In this document: positions 49,764 to 63,739 of the stretch, in pieces | Layout: each line of letters begins with the position of its first letter | Numbering within the stretch: position 1 is the stretch's first letter | Program-made: the position numbers and the translations under genes | Assembly: GCF_006345805.1 (NCBI RefSeq) | Contig: NC_042998.1 | Span: 57,474,001 to 57,538,000, forward strand | Length of the DNA: 64,000 nt | Source: Octopus sinensis | Lineage: Eukaryota | Reading direction: 5' to 3' | Notes under the pieces: generated by a model | What the model was told of the DNA's origin: nothing | The model's database searches: none | The model's input: only the letters and a program-made list of their open reading frames with translations

Positions 49764-51342
49764 ATCTAGGCGCTGACAACCTGGCCATAGTGTACTTCAA
49801 AGTTCATGACAATCCAAAGATTAACATCCCGATATATTTCCCATGTATTACGAAGACAAGCCTGTGGACAAATGTTTGGTGCATTATCTTGGCAATTCAA
49901 TCAACTTCGTCTTCACTTTCGAAGACCAGGCACACACTTACATATGCACTAGCTCTGTCATTGCGAGCTACAAAACCCCACTCATCGGGTTAGGCTTCCT
50001 TCGTAGGGGATATACACAAACATTTTTCTCTTTCAAACTTCAAAATATATCTCGCATGGCAGTACGCTGTCAATAAAAAAAAGTAATAAAAAATGTGGAG
50101 AAATTGCATTTTATTCATAAATAAATTGCATAACTACCATGAATATTGTGGGTGATATTTACAGATAAGGATATATTCTGAAAACACTGATCGAAAGAAA
50201 AAACTTGACGTATACAACTGTATACTGTTTAATCCCTTAAACATTTAACAGTAATATGCATAAAGAAAAACAGATTCAAAAACAAATACTAAAGCGAATT
50301 ATAAAGTACAGTAAAACTCAATGCATTGAATTTCTGAAGCTGTAATCTTGTATAGCTATAACTTGTACGATACAAAGGAAGCGCGGAACACATGGTCTCC
50401 TCACTGTCGAATGACGTAGAAAATTGGTTTAGAATTAACTGAAACTTTTTCTTTGAATCTGTAAATTACAACGAAGAAATCATCTCATGCAAATGTTTTA
50501 AAATGACTGTCGTTAGATATAGAATGTTTTTGATTTTACTCTAGAGGTAGTGTTAAGCTTCTCCTCTCTCAAACTTCGGAATTTTCCCCACGGCAGTAAG
50601 GTATTGCTGTAAACAGTGTAGATGACAAATACGTAAACAATTATCATCATATATGAGCACAGGTGGGCACAAACACCTGAAGACATATGAGTGTATGTGT
50701 GTGTCTGGTTATAACTTATAGTTAAAACTTTAACTAGTTCGACAGCGGAATATCACGATGGCGATGTAGCTATAATACATACAACTTTGTTGCAGTCAGT
50801 TTAACTGGATCTCTTAGATGCTTTGGAAAGCTGTTATCTAATTGTCTGCTTTAAGTGCTAAACAGTTGCATTATAGATTTATAAAGTAGTTATATGCGGA
50901 AGCAAGTTTGGTATCTATTCGCAGTGTCATTATTCCACTTAAGCCGAAAGTTAAAGGAGACCTTAAACGTTTTCTCGTCTTGTGTGTGCGTTTGTGTAAT
51001 GTAATATTGACTCAGAGTTGAATTGAATTAAAGTAGTCGCTACCCGGAGATACTAGTTCCAATCTTCAGGCGACTAATAAAGTTGTTTTTGTTAAGTGTC
51101 TATACCACTCAGGTGTGGTTACTTAGTTCCTGATAAATATGATTTTGCATGAATTATAGATTCCACATAAACATCAGTCACAGTTTGATAATTAACCTCT
51201 GTATAAAATGTTTAATCAAATTCTTCTATAAAAATTTGTTGAAAGCCTTGGCGAAGATATTTGTCAAGGCCTATCAAAATGCATTTACACGTTAAAAGAA
51301 GTAACTAAAAAATAGACTTTTTCATTTACAGTTGGTATCTGA

Positions 51343-51545
51343 AGTGGCAAGCTGGTAGAATTGTCAATACGTCAAATTGCTCTCAGTCTCCCTACTCTTG
51401 CCATACCGAGTTCAAATCGTGCCGGAGTCAACTTTACTTTTTGTCCCTTTGGGGTCGATGAAATAAAGTACAAATCAAGTACAGGGGTCGACGTAATCGC
51501 TTTCCTGTTAACCCTCAAAATTGCCGTCCTTTACCTAAATTAGAA
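51343..51545 (+). mobile_element. SINE (aaggcggc family), decayed
   Basis: gagttcaaat.gtgccggagtcaactttac..ttt.gtccctttggggtcgatgaaataaagtac. Confidence 0.75.
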
Positions 51546-51785
51546 AGAAATATTGACGGTAGAAAATAATTAATTATGAAGAGTGTATTCATATTATTAC
51601 CACTAAAGTGGTTTTATTTATAAGATTGTTTAATAATTGAAAATATAAAACATATCTGCACATATACTAAAGTCCAATGTCTCTTTATTTCTGCTAAAGC
51701 ACTTATTGTTTCTTCGAATGTAGAGAGTGATGATTTGAATATCGTAGCTAAAAGTGAAGGTCTATATGATAGGTACGACCATACA

Positions 51786-51823
<38 letters not shown>

Positions 51824-51972
51824 TTTTTCCTTTTTTTCTTTTCTTTCTTTTTTTCTGTCCCTTTTACGCTAAAACCTACCCCACCTTTTTCTTCTTTTCT
51901 CCCCATAAAGAAAAGCTCTACTTTGTAATCCGTCCCGTCTGTGTGTAGCCCTGTGTGGCTAATAAAGAAACA

Positions 51973-52039
<67 letters not shown>

Positions 52040-52044
52040 TTATC

Positions 52045-52091
<47 letters not shown>

Positions 52092-52092
52092 A

Positions 52093-52160
<68 letters not shown>

Positions 52161-52170
52161 GTCTATCTAT
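51786..52170. repeat. (TCTA)n arrays
   Basis: Direct reading; source of IYLS-repeat ORFs. Confidence 0.92.
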
Positions 52171-53074
52171 CTTAATAACAAGCAAAATATACATTTTGGT
52201 GTCAAACATAATAAGGAATCAAATGAGTCTAAGAACGTTATTTAATTTAAAGTAAACTTTTCAGATGGGTCCCTTTGGCCACTACGTTTTATTTAGGAAG
52301 CCACAAGTCCAATCCTCTTGTTTAAGCCGACCCATTCATAGCTTTATTCACAAAAGCCCAAGGAAAACTTCAGCGCAACCAAGCAATAAACTTGAATCGT
52401 CTACACTGTTGGAAAAACTGTCATGCAGTTTCTTCTATGTGTGTTAATTATCAAAGTAGTTTCTTTTTTTATTAGTTTATCATTCTTCTCCTTGTAATTC
52501 TCAGAAGAGCTAATTCAGTTATTGTGCACTGTGCGTTGTTTGTGAAGATAAAGTTTACTATGGAATGCGAATTGTAACCTATTTACCGCTAGGAATGTAG
52601 TTAGGCAGTGAGGGAGAAAAGAGCTTTCTCTTTTATTTTAACTTCATTATTCAAATATATTCATTACTGTATTTGCTGACGTAGTGATAACACAAACATT
52701 AAACATATATACACGATAGTACTCGGGTTGCCATAAGAAAATATAAACGCTTAAAGAATAAATGATTCGAAAAGGTTTCGGTACCTATTGTTTTTTATTC
52801 GTTAATCTATACGTATTATTTCATATATTTATATGGATTATATGATTTATGGCAGCTTAATATCTTGGTCGGTGTTGATTACTGCGAAAATGTTCATTAT
52901 GATTTGAAATGAACCACCATGTTAATATACGATGAATAGTATTGTATATATAGTATTCACAGAAAAGTATAGATCACCTGAAAACATGTGTTAATACCGC
53001 CGATTACCTCATGCATACTGTTCAGAGTTTCGACAAAAATTAAGTACGACAAAAGGTTCCATAGGAAAACGAAA

Positions 53075-53464
53075 TCTCTCTCTATATATAAAGCTGAAGT
53101 TGTCCGTATATGGCAGGTTTGGTAGCCTTCAACTAACACTATCTCCTCCGAGACCCTGGGGTGCAAGTTGACCAAAATTGAGAGTATGATAGAAAAAGGC
53201 TTGCTCTTCCTTCCGTAGAAGAAAAAATTCAAATCGGACCATGTTAACACCAAACATTATTTACATCAAAAAGGTGCATTTTTTTCTATGAAAATCCCTA
53301 TTTTTTACGATTTTTTGACTGCTGTGTCGCCATTTTTCGGTGTATTTCAACCAGAAAAATGTTCACTTAAAGACAATAACAAGCTACATAATGCAAAATG
53401 TTTACTTTTCAAAAATTACAAAAGGGTCGAAGCAAACCCGAGCAACGTCGGGCGATGCTGCTGG
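53075..53464 (+). mobile_element. Non-autonomous Helitron with intact termini
   Basis: 5' a|TCTCTCTCTATATATAAAG; 3' hairpin CCCGA-gcaacg-TCGGG (53437-53452), 8-nt spacer, then CTGG|t (CTRR); inserted between A and T with no TSD. Confidence 0.8.
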
Positions 53465-53552
53465 TATATAATAAATTGTTATTCGTTTGGCACAGCAACT
53501 ATCAGCTAAACACGTTTCGTCAGAATAAGCTTTAGTCGGAGATACTATGTTG

Positions 53553-54030
53553 GATAAACTTGAATATGTTTCGGCCGAAAATTGGTTCCGGTCATATCTA
53601 ACTTAATAGCATAATCTGACAGACTCAGTTGTAATTTTTAAGTCAAGTTTTGTGACATCATGGCCCATTCTAGTAGGGAGTTGTTGACTGAAATTTATGC
53701 TGATATAAGTGGTTTGTCTGGTGTATCTTGAAGAAACCTGTCCAGATATCGTTTGAAGATAGTGAAATATTTTCCTTCTTTGATTTATTCTGGGGTAATG
53801 TTAAATAGAGCAGGACCTGTTAGGGAAGATTATGTTGCAGTGTATTTATGTGTTGAGTGAATGAATAGTGTATGACATGTGGCTCCATCCTTTCTGAATG
53901 CATTCTGAATTTGATGTAAAGGTCGTTTGAGCAATGATGATGCTATGTTCTCCACGTAGTGCAAATCAGGTAGTGCTCACGTCGGCGTTAGAGACAATAA
54001 GTTTTCAATGACCAATAATCAAGATCAGTT
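53553..54030 (-). mobile_element. CR1/L2-type LINE copy E: old 3' fragment
   Basis: RRREHYLIC, TGPALFNITPE, and a decayed tgctattaagttagatatgacc..ggccgaaacatatt 3' motif. Confidence 0.75.
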
Positions 54031-54276
54031 ATGTTATATAGAAATAAGTCCATGTTAAAGTACAATAAAATATAACCTCCTGCATAGAATTCATTATGTA
54101 TATATGAAGTAGGGCACGCGGCCAACATTTTTGCGGGAAGGTAATTAGAGAACTAAATCTACTTGACTGATATTGATATTGATATAATATAATATTTATG
54201 CTAAGCCAAATACGTGCATTGTATTTTCTTCATTCGATTCCATGTAAGACACGGAAAGAGAAACAGACAGACAAAC

Positions 54277-54344
<68 letters not shown>

Positions 54345-54347
<3 letters not shown>

Positions 54348-54620
54348 GATTCGGGTTCAACTCTACAGCGCAACATCTTGGGTAAGTGACTTCTAGCAGA
54401 AACATAAGCCGACGAATTCCTCGTAAGGTTGTGGGTGAAACTGGTTGACGGAGATGAGTAAAATCTGCCGTGTATGAAAAGAGGCTTGCTTCCAACGTCA
54501 TTGTTTCCGGAATCAGTACCCTGCGTGACTTCTCGAGCAAATGTCTTGTAGTATAACGTGGGACCGATTAAAGCCTTTTGAGTAAATTTAGTAGAGGGAA
54601 ATTGTGTGAGGGATATATAA
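54345..54620 (+). mobile_element. Decayed SINE head fragments
   Basis: gggttcaactctacagcgcaacatcttgggtaagtg.cttcta; gcaaatgtcttgtagtata...aaagccttttgagtaaatttagtagagggaaattgtgtg. Confidence 0.5.
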
Positions 54621-54647
54621 ATATATATGTATATCTGTATATATATA

Positions 54648-54735
<88 letters not shown>

Positions 54736-54781
54736 GTATATATATATGTGTATATATATATATATATAATATATATGTATA

Positions 54782-54824
<43 letters not shown>

Positions 54825-54855
54825 GTATACATATATATATGTGTATATGTATATA

Positions 54856-54921
<66 letters not shown>

Positions 54922-54922
54922 T

Positions 54923-54985
<63 letters not shown>
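54620..54985. repeat. Long (TA)n/(TGTA)n array
   Basis: Direct reading. Confidence 0.95.
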
Positions 54986-54986
<1 letters not shown>

Positions 54987-55146
54987 ATTTTATTTATTAG
55001 GGAATAAAAATTCCGGCATCACAGGGGTTCAAATTATTCTCAATGAGGAAATATATGTTATTTAGAGATAGTAGTCCTCGTCACCCCACCATATAAAAGA
55101 ATTTTAATTTAATTTATTTAATACTTACTAATCATTTCTCAACTAC

Positions 55147-55190
<44 letters not shown>

Positions 55191-55675
55191 GCTTTTCGAA
55201 CTCGAGGATGACCGTAGGGGACTTCCTGGTCAGTAGGTATGGAGGCTGCTTATTGTCACTGGAACGAGAGGAAAGAGGATGGAACCGGTATCGGGAAGAG
55301 CCTCTAATTGGTTATGCAGCAAGAGGGAAGACTTAAACTAGAAGCTAACTGGAGATTATGAGCAATGATTCAGCCATCTCTGCTGACACAGCGAGATGAT
55401 GTCAGGGTTCAGGGATGAAACGGCCGATGTTCCTGTCCGATGATATCCCTTCCTCCTGGTCATAGTTCTGTCCTCTTTGGTGAGTAGACAAGAAACACCT
55501 ATTCCTAGGTGTTATCAATAATATATATAAATATATATATCTGTGTATGTGTGTGTGTGCATACACACACATACACACATAGAGACATATACATATACAT
55601 ATATATATACATATAAATATATATACACACACACAAACATATATATATATATAGAGAGATGAGGGGAGAGAGAGA

Positions 55676-55679
55676 AAGT

Positions 55680-55755
<76 letters not shown>
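55676..55755. repeat. (TAGA)n microsatellite
   Basis: Direct reading. Confidence 0.95.
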
Positions 55756-55756
<1 letters not shown>

Positions 55757-57729
55757 AGTAAGTACCAGACTTATAAAAGAAGTACTGGAGCAGGGTTTAT
55801 TGATCGACTAAATCCTTCATGGCCGCAGACAATAACTTAAGCAAGTATAAGAATATCTTAAAAGTGCATAACAATGGGATAATTTATATTTAAAGACATA
55901 CGTTCACATACACATGCAGTATGAAAGGAAGAGAGAACGCTAGGTGGTGCCGATTAAATCAATGCCAATCAAGATTTAATTCGTCGCTGACGATTAAAGC
56001 TGATTCTGGTTTATTAGTGGAAAGCAGTGGACAACACATAAGAAACGAAGTAATATTTTATTGTAACATATTGACCAGGGTTTAGTGATGTAATTCCAGA
56101 GTTTTATGCGTATCTTTGAAGATTGGCAGCTGTTGGGAAGCTCTTGTTCATAGTATCGACCACATACTGAGCTTTATCCTTTTTCACAGATATACTTTTA
56201 TTTTCACGTCTATGAAACAATTATGTAGAACTTAATATGAACTATCACATCTTTATTGACTCAGCTGTAAATTACAGTCCGGTTTCCTTATGAGTTTACT
56301 CAGTATAAAATGATATTGGTAATATCCTTAGATAAAGAGAAAACCCAACTCATTACTTCTGAAACGATTTATTGGTAATAATTGACAAATACTCGTCGTT
56401 AATATAAACCTTTATACATTTATGACTAAAAATAATCGAATAGACATTGAATCTTTTGTTTTGTAAATTGAAGTCAATTCTTTAAACATCAGTTTTCAAA
56501 TTCGAGAGAAAGAAAATGTGTTTGAATTACAAATTTACTTATTTTTCTTAAGGTAACACCCAACTAAAATAGATGGAGGTTCAAATTTTTTGAAATTTTT
56601 CCAAATTTCAGAGAGTTAGGACTATTGGATTTAATGTCCACGAACTTTACAATGCAATGAAAAATATGGCTACATATTTATTGAAGAGGGACTGAGATTC
56701 TGTGGTAATGTTCATCCTTTTTACAGGGCATTTCCAGCGAACTGGAAATGAATTACCTTCAATCGGAAATCGAAAATACAATGTTCACTGAGATGTGATT
56801 TATAAGCTAGAAAGTAAATGGACTTAACAAAATCTAGGAAGGTATTTTACCTCAGGTTCTGGTGTGTATAATACATAATGTGATGAAAAATATAAAGAGA
56901 CGAACATGAAAGCAGTGAAGTAGATGGCAGAAAAAAGAATGGATGAAATATCGGTGGAGAAGGAAATGGAGAAATAGAGAGTAGAAGACAAAAGTGAAGA
57001 TAAAGAAGATGAAGAATTGCTTTTTTTTTCCTTTTGTATCTCGTTATCTCTAATAACAACCATCATTCGTGTTTTGTTTCGTGTATGTAGTGCAATCCAC
57101 GCGTAAACAACTTTAACTGAGATTCTATGAAGATAACATAATATTGCTACCAACATCACCACTACAACTACTATCGTTAAAACTACCAACATCAACATCA
57201 TGATCATCAGTAAAATCACTGTATTCGCTATTATGATCATTATCATCATTATTATCAACACCGTCGCTTACTACAATTGCACACCAATAGAGAAAAGCCG
57301 ACGTTTTTACTATACATATAAAGACGTTAATCTGGGCTTTTAGAGTTATCTGGTTATTGACATTTGTGAAATCAAATCAAAGTTAGTATATCGTTTATTT
57401 CCCTCTACTCAGCGATTTTAACTCCTACTACTCAGACGGACAGAAAAAAAAACAAAATATGGAAAATGCAAAAACAGAATTTATATTTATGGTAATAGTT
57501 TGGTTGTTTGAGACTCCTAATATTTTCTTCCTATACAGGGTGCATTACAGAAGCTTTGAGACCATTTGAGACCATTTTAGGAGAGCCAGTTATGACTGGT
57601 CTAGATTATTGCAATTTCATTGCGTTGCTACTATACATCTGATGGGCTGGCCTTCTAATTTTTGTTATTCCAGATTGAAGGAGATGGTCGTAACAGAATC
57701 TTCAATACTGTTTGTCTCAGCTGACTAGT

Positions 57730-58125
57730 TTGCAGAATGCCGTTGGGACGTTTGGAAGCTCGTATCGTGTGAAATTGGGCAAAAACAATACAAAAACTTA
57801 TGGAATGCTCTAGGCCGCTTATGAATTAAAATTTCCGCTGGCACAAGAGTTTCAAGGACGGTGGGAAGGTAGGGAGTGACGTTGGGAATTGGGGAAAGAA
57901 GGGGGACGTTAAAACATCAGAGCTGGTTTAGAAAATTTACAATTTTCTAGATGAAGACCGTCGGGTGCTTTTAAAGACAGTATGCATACAATTTTGGAGT
58001 TGATGTGGCAACTGTACACAAAATTATTCATGAAGATCTGAATATGCACAAAGGTTGTACGAGGCTTGTTCTCAGGGGTCTCAGGGACGAGCATCTCTAC
58101 TGTTCAGAATTTGCGCCTTGTGACT
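57730..58125 (+). mobile_element. Mariner transposase relic (HTH region joined to YSPDLAPCDF remnant)
   Basis: CVKLGKN..T.TY.ML..AY, FRWHKSFKDG, LDEDRR, ATVHKIIHEDLNMHKGC.R.V.RGLRDE, then HLYCSEFAPCDF. Confidence 0.8.
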
Positions 58126-59239
58126 TTCTATCACCAATCCTCTTTCGCCTAGCCTTAATACCTCTCTCGAAATTGCTCGATGCTGAACATTATGGCTATA
58201 AAATGTTTGATAAAAATATAAATCATCTCTTTTACATGGATGATTTAAAGTTCTTTGCAAAAAATGGCCAACAACTACAGGGCTTACTAGCAATTGTTAA
58301 GTAATTCAGTGATGGTATCAGGATGTAATCTGGCCTTGATAAATATGCAAAAGTTACTTTATCAAAGGGAAAATGATAGAAACGTCCAACATTAATCTTG
58401 ACCAGCAGAATGTCATATCGGAGCAAAATGTCATAGCGGAGATCTACAAATACCTAGGGGTACTTGAAGGTGATGGAATCAAAGATTCAGTGATGTGGGA
58501 AAGGATCAGAAAAGAATATTATCGCAGGGTAAGGGCAATATTCAAGACAAAGCTGAATCCAAGAAACAGGATTTAAGCGATCAATACATTAGCCACAGCG
58601 GTCGTGACTTACGGTTTCAATATCATTAACTGATCAATTACTGAACTATGTAATCTTGACAGAAAAATGCGAAAGTTCTTGACGATGCATAGAAATCACC
58701 ACCCTAAGGCAGATATAGAACGACTTTACCTGCCGGGTGGCCGTGGACTTTTACAACTGGATTTAACAATGGAGATTTCCACACTTGGCCTAAACCTCTA
58801 CCTCAAAAACTCTGACAACTGGATGTTAAAACTTGTCTTAAAGCATGAACACAAGAAAACATTATACACAAAACAGGCAAAGGAATATCTAAGTGAATTC
58901 CAAATACAACAAATTCTAGAATTAGACTACTGGAAACATGCACGAAAAAGCCAAGCGTATGAAAACCCGTGCCAAAACTGCTGCTTTAGATATTCTTACA
59001 GATAAATGGTAAGAAAAAGCTCTCAATGGCAAATACTCAACGGGAGCTAATAATGCCGATGTCGACAAAGCCCTTACCCATTAATGGTTAGTGTCTTCTG
59101 GCTTAAACTCAGAAACGGAAGGTTTTATCATCGCAGCCCAAGATCAATGCCTACCAACAAGGAGCTACCAGGTCAACATATTTAAGAACGGCAGTAGCCC
59201 AACATGTCGTGTATGCAAACAACAAAATGAAACCATTGA
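58122..59239 (+). mobile_element. Dong/R4-type RLE non-LTR retrotransposon fragment 1 (RT domain 4 to start of CCHC)
   Basis: DFLSPILFRLALIPLS, HLFYMDDLKFFAK, YKYLGV, KADIERLYLP.GGRGL, SETEGFIIAAQDQCLPT, PTCRVCKQQNETIE (cut). Confidence 0.88.
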
Positions 59240-61815
59240 AAGTGGTAATGGAGGAACTAAAACAGCGCCTCGTTGCAAAGGAAGCAAAGCTGGTAAGACA
59301 CGACCAAAAGATGAAGGGATACCAGGATACCAGGATACCAGCACAATAGGTTATTCAGACTAGATGAGAAGAGATTCAACAAAGAAATAAATGAAGAGTT
59401 TACGGATGAAAAGTTGAAACCAGATACCATTGAAAGACGAAGGTTTTGGTGTGACATCTGGTGCAAAGACAAAGAGCACAAGAAGGATGCTGAATGGTTA
59501 CAAGAACTGAAACAAACAGGAGTCTGTTCAAAACAGGTAGAACTAGTCATTTCAGTTAGGGATGTGAAGGAAATCAGCAAAAAATAGGCAACAGAAAAGC
59601 CCTGGGACCAGATAGAATTCAAGGCTACTGGATCAAAAGATTTGGTGAATGTCATGCACGAAAAGCTGCACAACTCAACACCTTGTTTAATGCCAACCAA
59701 GAAACGCCAGAGTGGTTAACAGTAGGTAGGACACTGCTGTGCTTGAAGAACATCAAAAAAGGCAATACGGTAAACAATTAAACGCCGACATCCTGCTTGC
59801 CACTTATATGGAAATTATTGACTAGAATAGTCGCAGAGTAAATGTACGGAGATATGGAAAAAAATGGAGTCCTGCCACATGAGCAGAAGGGTTGCAAGCG
59901 TAAGTGCAGAGGTACCAAGTATCAACTCCTGGTAGACAGAACTGTACTTATAGACTGCAAGAGGAGGAAAACTAACTAAGCCATGTCATGGATCGTAAGG
60001 CGTAACGATATGATCCCACATTCTTGGATTATGGAATGTATGAACCTATTTGTTATTGCATCGAATGTTGAACGATTGCTTGGAAAACGTATGGCGAAGT
60101 GGAGGACGGAAGTGAAAGCGTATGGAAGAATTTTAGGGACAATAGAAATCAGGAGAGGCATCTTCCAAGGGGACTGCCTGTCCCCACTGATCTTTGCACT
60201 GTGCATGATACCACCAACGCTGATTCTGAGGAAAGCAAAGGCTGAGTATGTATTCAAGAACCGCCAACAAAAATCAGCCACTTGTTATTCATGGATGACC
60301 TCAAACTTTATAGTAAAGATGAATCCCAAGTCAGTAGCCTCGTTGATGCGGTGTATACTTTCAGTGTTGATGTCAGAATGGAATTCGAACTGAAAAAGCG
60401 TGGTGTGCTAGTCTTGACGAGTGGCAAAATCAAATGTGTGGATGGGCTAGAGATACTATCGGGGGAGGTTCTGAAGCAGATAGAAGAGATGGGCTATAAG
60501 AATTTGAAGTTATTGGAAATGGATTAATTGATGGAGAAAGAAATGACAGAAAAAAATTAAGGTGGAGTACTTGTGCGGCCTGAGACTGATACTTAAGTCG
60601 AAATTAAACGGGCGGAATAAGATTGAAGCTATCAACACCTGGGCTGTTTCACTCCTTAGATATAGAGCAGGGGTGATCGTATGGACAGTAAACAAACTAA
60701 ACTGCTTAGGCAGAAAGACAAAGAAGTCGCTGACTAGATATGGGATACTCCACCAAAAAAGTGACAGACAGACTGTATGTACCTAAAGAAGAGGAGGATA
60801 AGGACTGATTGGATGCAAACGCAGCATTAGAGCAGAAGAAAACATGATATGTAAAAAATGCCACAGAACCACTATCTTTGGAAGTAAGAAGTTCAGGCTT
60901 ATGTGAGATGGAAGAGTGCAAAAATAAAGCATTGTACAAGCACTAGAGAAGCAATGAAACTGAAAATAGGTGGATAAAGAAAAGAATGCATGGAAAATTT
61001 GATAGGGATGTTGAAGATAAGACGGACAGAGAAAAAAGATGGCTATGGATGACTAAAAGTTATTTAAAACCAAAAACGGAGGCTCTAATCTGTGCTGCCC
61101 AAGAACAAGCACTAAGAATGAATTACATCAAATATAGAATAGACAACACATCGGACAGTAATAAGTATAGAACTTGTGAACAAAATGGTGAAACCTTAGG
61201 GCATATTACCAGTCAATGTACACCCCAAGCCCACAAAACTTTTAAGAGACGTCTTGACAATATAGCGAGGATTGTCCTTTGGACACTTTGCCACAAGTAT
61301 GGACTTGACAGAGAAAAAAAGTTGGCACCATCGAAAATGATAATGCAAAGATCCTATGGGATTTTATGATTCAATGCAAACATGGGATAGAGAATAGAAA
61401 GCCAGACAGTGTTAATTGAGAAAGAAAGCAAACGATTCTGGATCATAGATATAGCATGCCCAGCTGACAACAAGGTAAGCGATAAGGAAGAAAGAAAAGT
61501 CGATAGATATGACATGTTAGCTTGGGAGGTTAAGCAACTGTGGTCGCTGAAAAAGGTGGTAGTAGTACCAATAACTGTCGGAGTCCTGGGAACAGTGAGT
61601 AAAAACCTTGAGAAGTACATGGTAGAAATAAGGGCTGCAATAAGGGTGGAGCATTTGCAGAAAACCACTGCTTGGAACCGCTCTGATACTCTGGATGGTG
61701 CTCGAAAAATAAGGGGTGTTAATTTAGTTCACTGGTAGTGAACAGCTGGCACCGTTGTACGTCTCCAGCATTAGAAGCTGTGCAAAGACAATACATAATA
61801 ATATTAATGATAATA
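59240..61815 (+). mobile_element. Dong/R4-type RLE non-LTR retrotransposon copy 2 (5'-truncated RT+CCHC+RLE, frameshifted) with (TAA)-like tail
   Basis: EELKQRLVAK, RFWCDIW, PGPD, EQKGC, IPHSWI, RRGIFQGDCLSPL, LFMDDLKLY, AAQEQAL, YRTCEQNGETLGHITSQC, RKPDSVLIEKESKRFWIIDIACPAD (PD..D RLE), VVVVPITVGVLG; ataataatattaatgataataa at about 61794-61815. Confidence 0.92.
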
Positions 61816-62054
61816 AAGATATAAACAAATGGTTGAAGGAGATTGGATTAGAATGTCCTGTAGAGCTTCTACAGAAAGTTTGCCTCTTAGAGGTAGGAAA
61901 GTTTATCAGGAAGATTCTAAGCACTTGAAAGCCTATTAAAAGCTAGGGATACTTAATTTACAAGTAGTAACCCACTACCCACATAAATCTTGTCACAAAT
62001 AAGACCGAACCTGAGTTAAATCAAAAAACACTAAAAATAATAATCTCTCTAATT

Positions 62055-62230
62055 TAGGTACAAAGCCATCGACCCCAGTGCGAAAACAGTTCTTTATTTT
62101 ACTGACACGGAAAAGATGAAAAGTCAAAACTGACCTCCACGAGGATTTGATCTTAGAATGTAAAGAGCTGGAAGAAATGCCACAAAGCATTTTCGCTGAC
62201 GTTCTAACGATTCTGCCACCTTGCCGCCTC
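62055..62230 (-). mobile_element. Decayed SINE (aaggcggc family)
   Basis: atcgaccccagtgcgaaa..ttctttatttt...gaaaagtcaaaactgacctc...tctaacgattctgccaccttgccgcct. Confidence 0.7.
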
Positions 62231-63739
62231 TTTTAGTCACAAACCCAGCAGTTTTTGAGAGTAGTCTCTTAGTCGATACTATCTACTCCAATATTTCACT
62301 GGTATTTTACCTTTCATTCTTTTGAGATCGATAAAGTAAGGTTCACTCCCCCCACAGAAGAAGTTGAAATAAGAATGCAACTAACATTTCTTTGTTAATT
62401 TAGACACAAGATCAGCGATTTTGATGTGAGTTTGTTTGAAGGAGATTGGAATAGAAGCAAATAAATCGATACTCGACCAATTCAAGGCCGTTTGATGGCG
62501 ATGATGATGATGGTGATGAGGGCTCCATATTGTAGTAAGAAGAGTGACCGGAATACTTAAAACAAATTAAATTCCGCTAATCACTCTCAAAGAATCTGTG
62601 GTGGTATTAAACCGAGCGACAGATTAAGTCCACTAGTCAAGGAAACCATGGCAGGATATGATATAAAAATGCAAATATCCGGAACTAACACTACAAAACA
62701 AAACAAACAGTCTGACGCTTTAACAATGGTCTGTACAAGTCTATTATCCAAGACTGTTATATTATTTATCGACAGAAGTCCCGCAAGGGAACAAGATGAA
62801 TATGTTTTTCTCCACGCGTATATTTTATAGTAATACTCATAAATGAAACTACAACAATGTATATGTATAACAAAATGGAGAGAAAATAACCCGGATTTTA
62901 ACATAACGATGGAACCCATCCGATCAGCTACCTTAAAATAATGCATTCACAAGACCTTCAATGTATACGAAATGGAAATATAACATTTGAAAGAAACAGT
63001 GCACAACGAAAACGCATGCGATGAACACAAAACAAATAACAAAAATAAAGATATTTTGTTCGGAGATTTCAAATATTTACGTAACAATCAGGAATAAAAC
63101 GAAACTCAGCATAATAAAACACATTCTGCTATCCCTACAGAACTTTGACCATCAAAACCCAAGCTAAAACAATGCAAATAAAAAGAATTATGGGATAAAA
63201 ATAAAAATAAAAACTCCCAAAGGGGGATATCGTGGACTTAACTTTCCAAAGGTGGAAGTAAAGAATTAAAAATAAAAGCAAATAATTTTTATGGAGCAAC
63301 GAAAGTGAGTCCTATAGATAAAATTCGACGATAACAAATAAAAAGCCCCAAACTAGCAGTTTTATGCTTTCGAAAAACGAAAAATGACACGAACAACATT
63401 GTGCCAAAGTTAAACGAAATAATCTACACAACAACCATTTTATGTATAAATGGAAATGAATATTTTCTCAGATCTACATTTACAGAAATATAAAAATGCA
63501 AGCAAAAGGCATGGAGAAATAATGTACTGAAGAAGATGGGAAATAAGGGAAAATATCTCACAATCCTTCAATGGAATCAATAACCTAATAACTACTGAAA
63601 ACCTAAAGGATAAACAAATACCTTCTGTCAGGTTGTTACATTATTGTAGTCATCAAAACCAAAGGACTCCTGAAACTTTCGAACTTCACTTGATCGCAAA
63701 GAATCTGTTGGTATGAAAAGCGACCGCGATATTTTGAGC

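Noticed and set aside
62600-63700. LFGDFK motif suggesting an old APE endonuclease
   Set aside because: A single short motif in A-rich degraded sequence with many stops; insufficient support.
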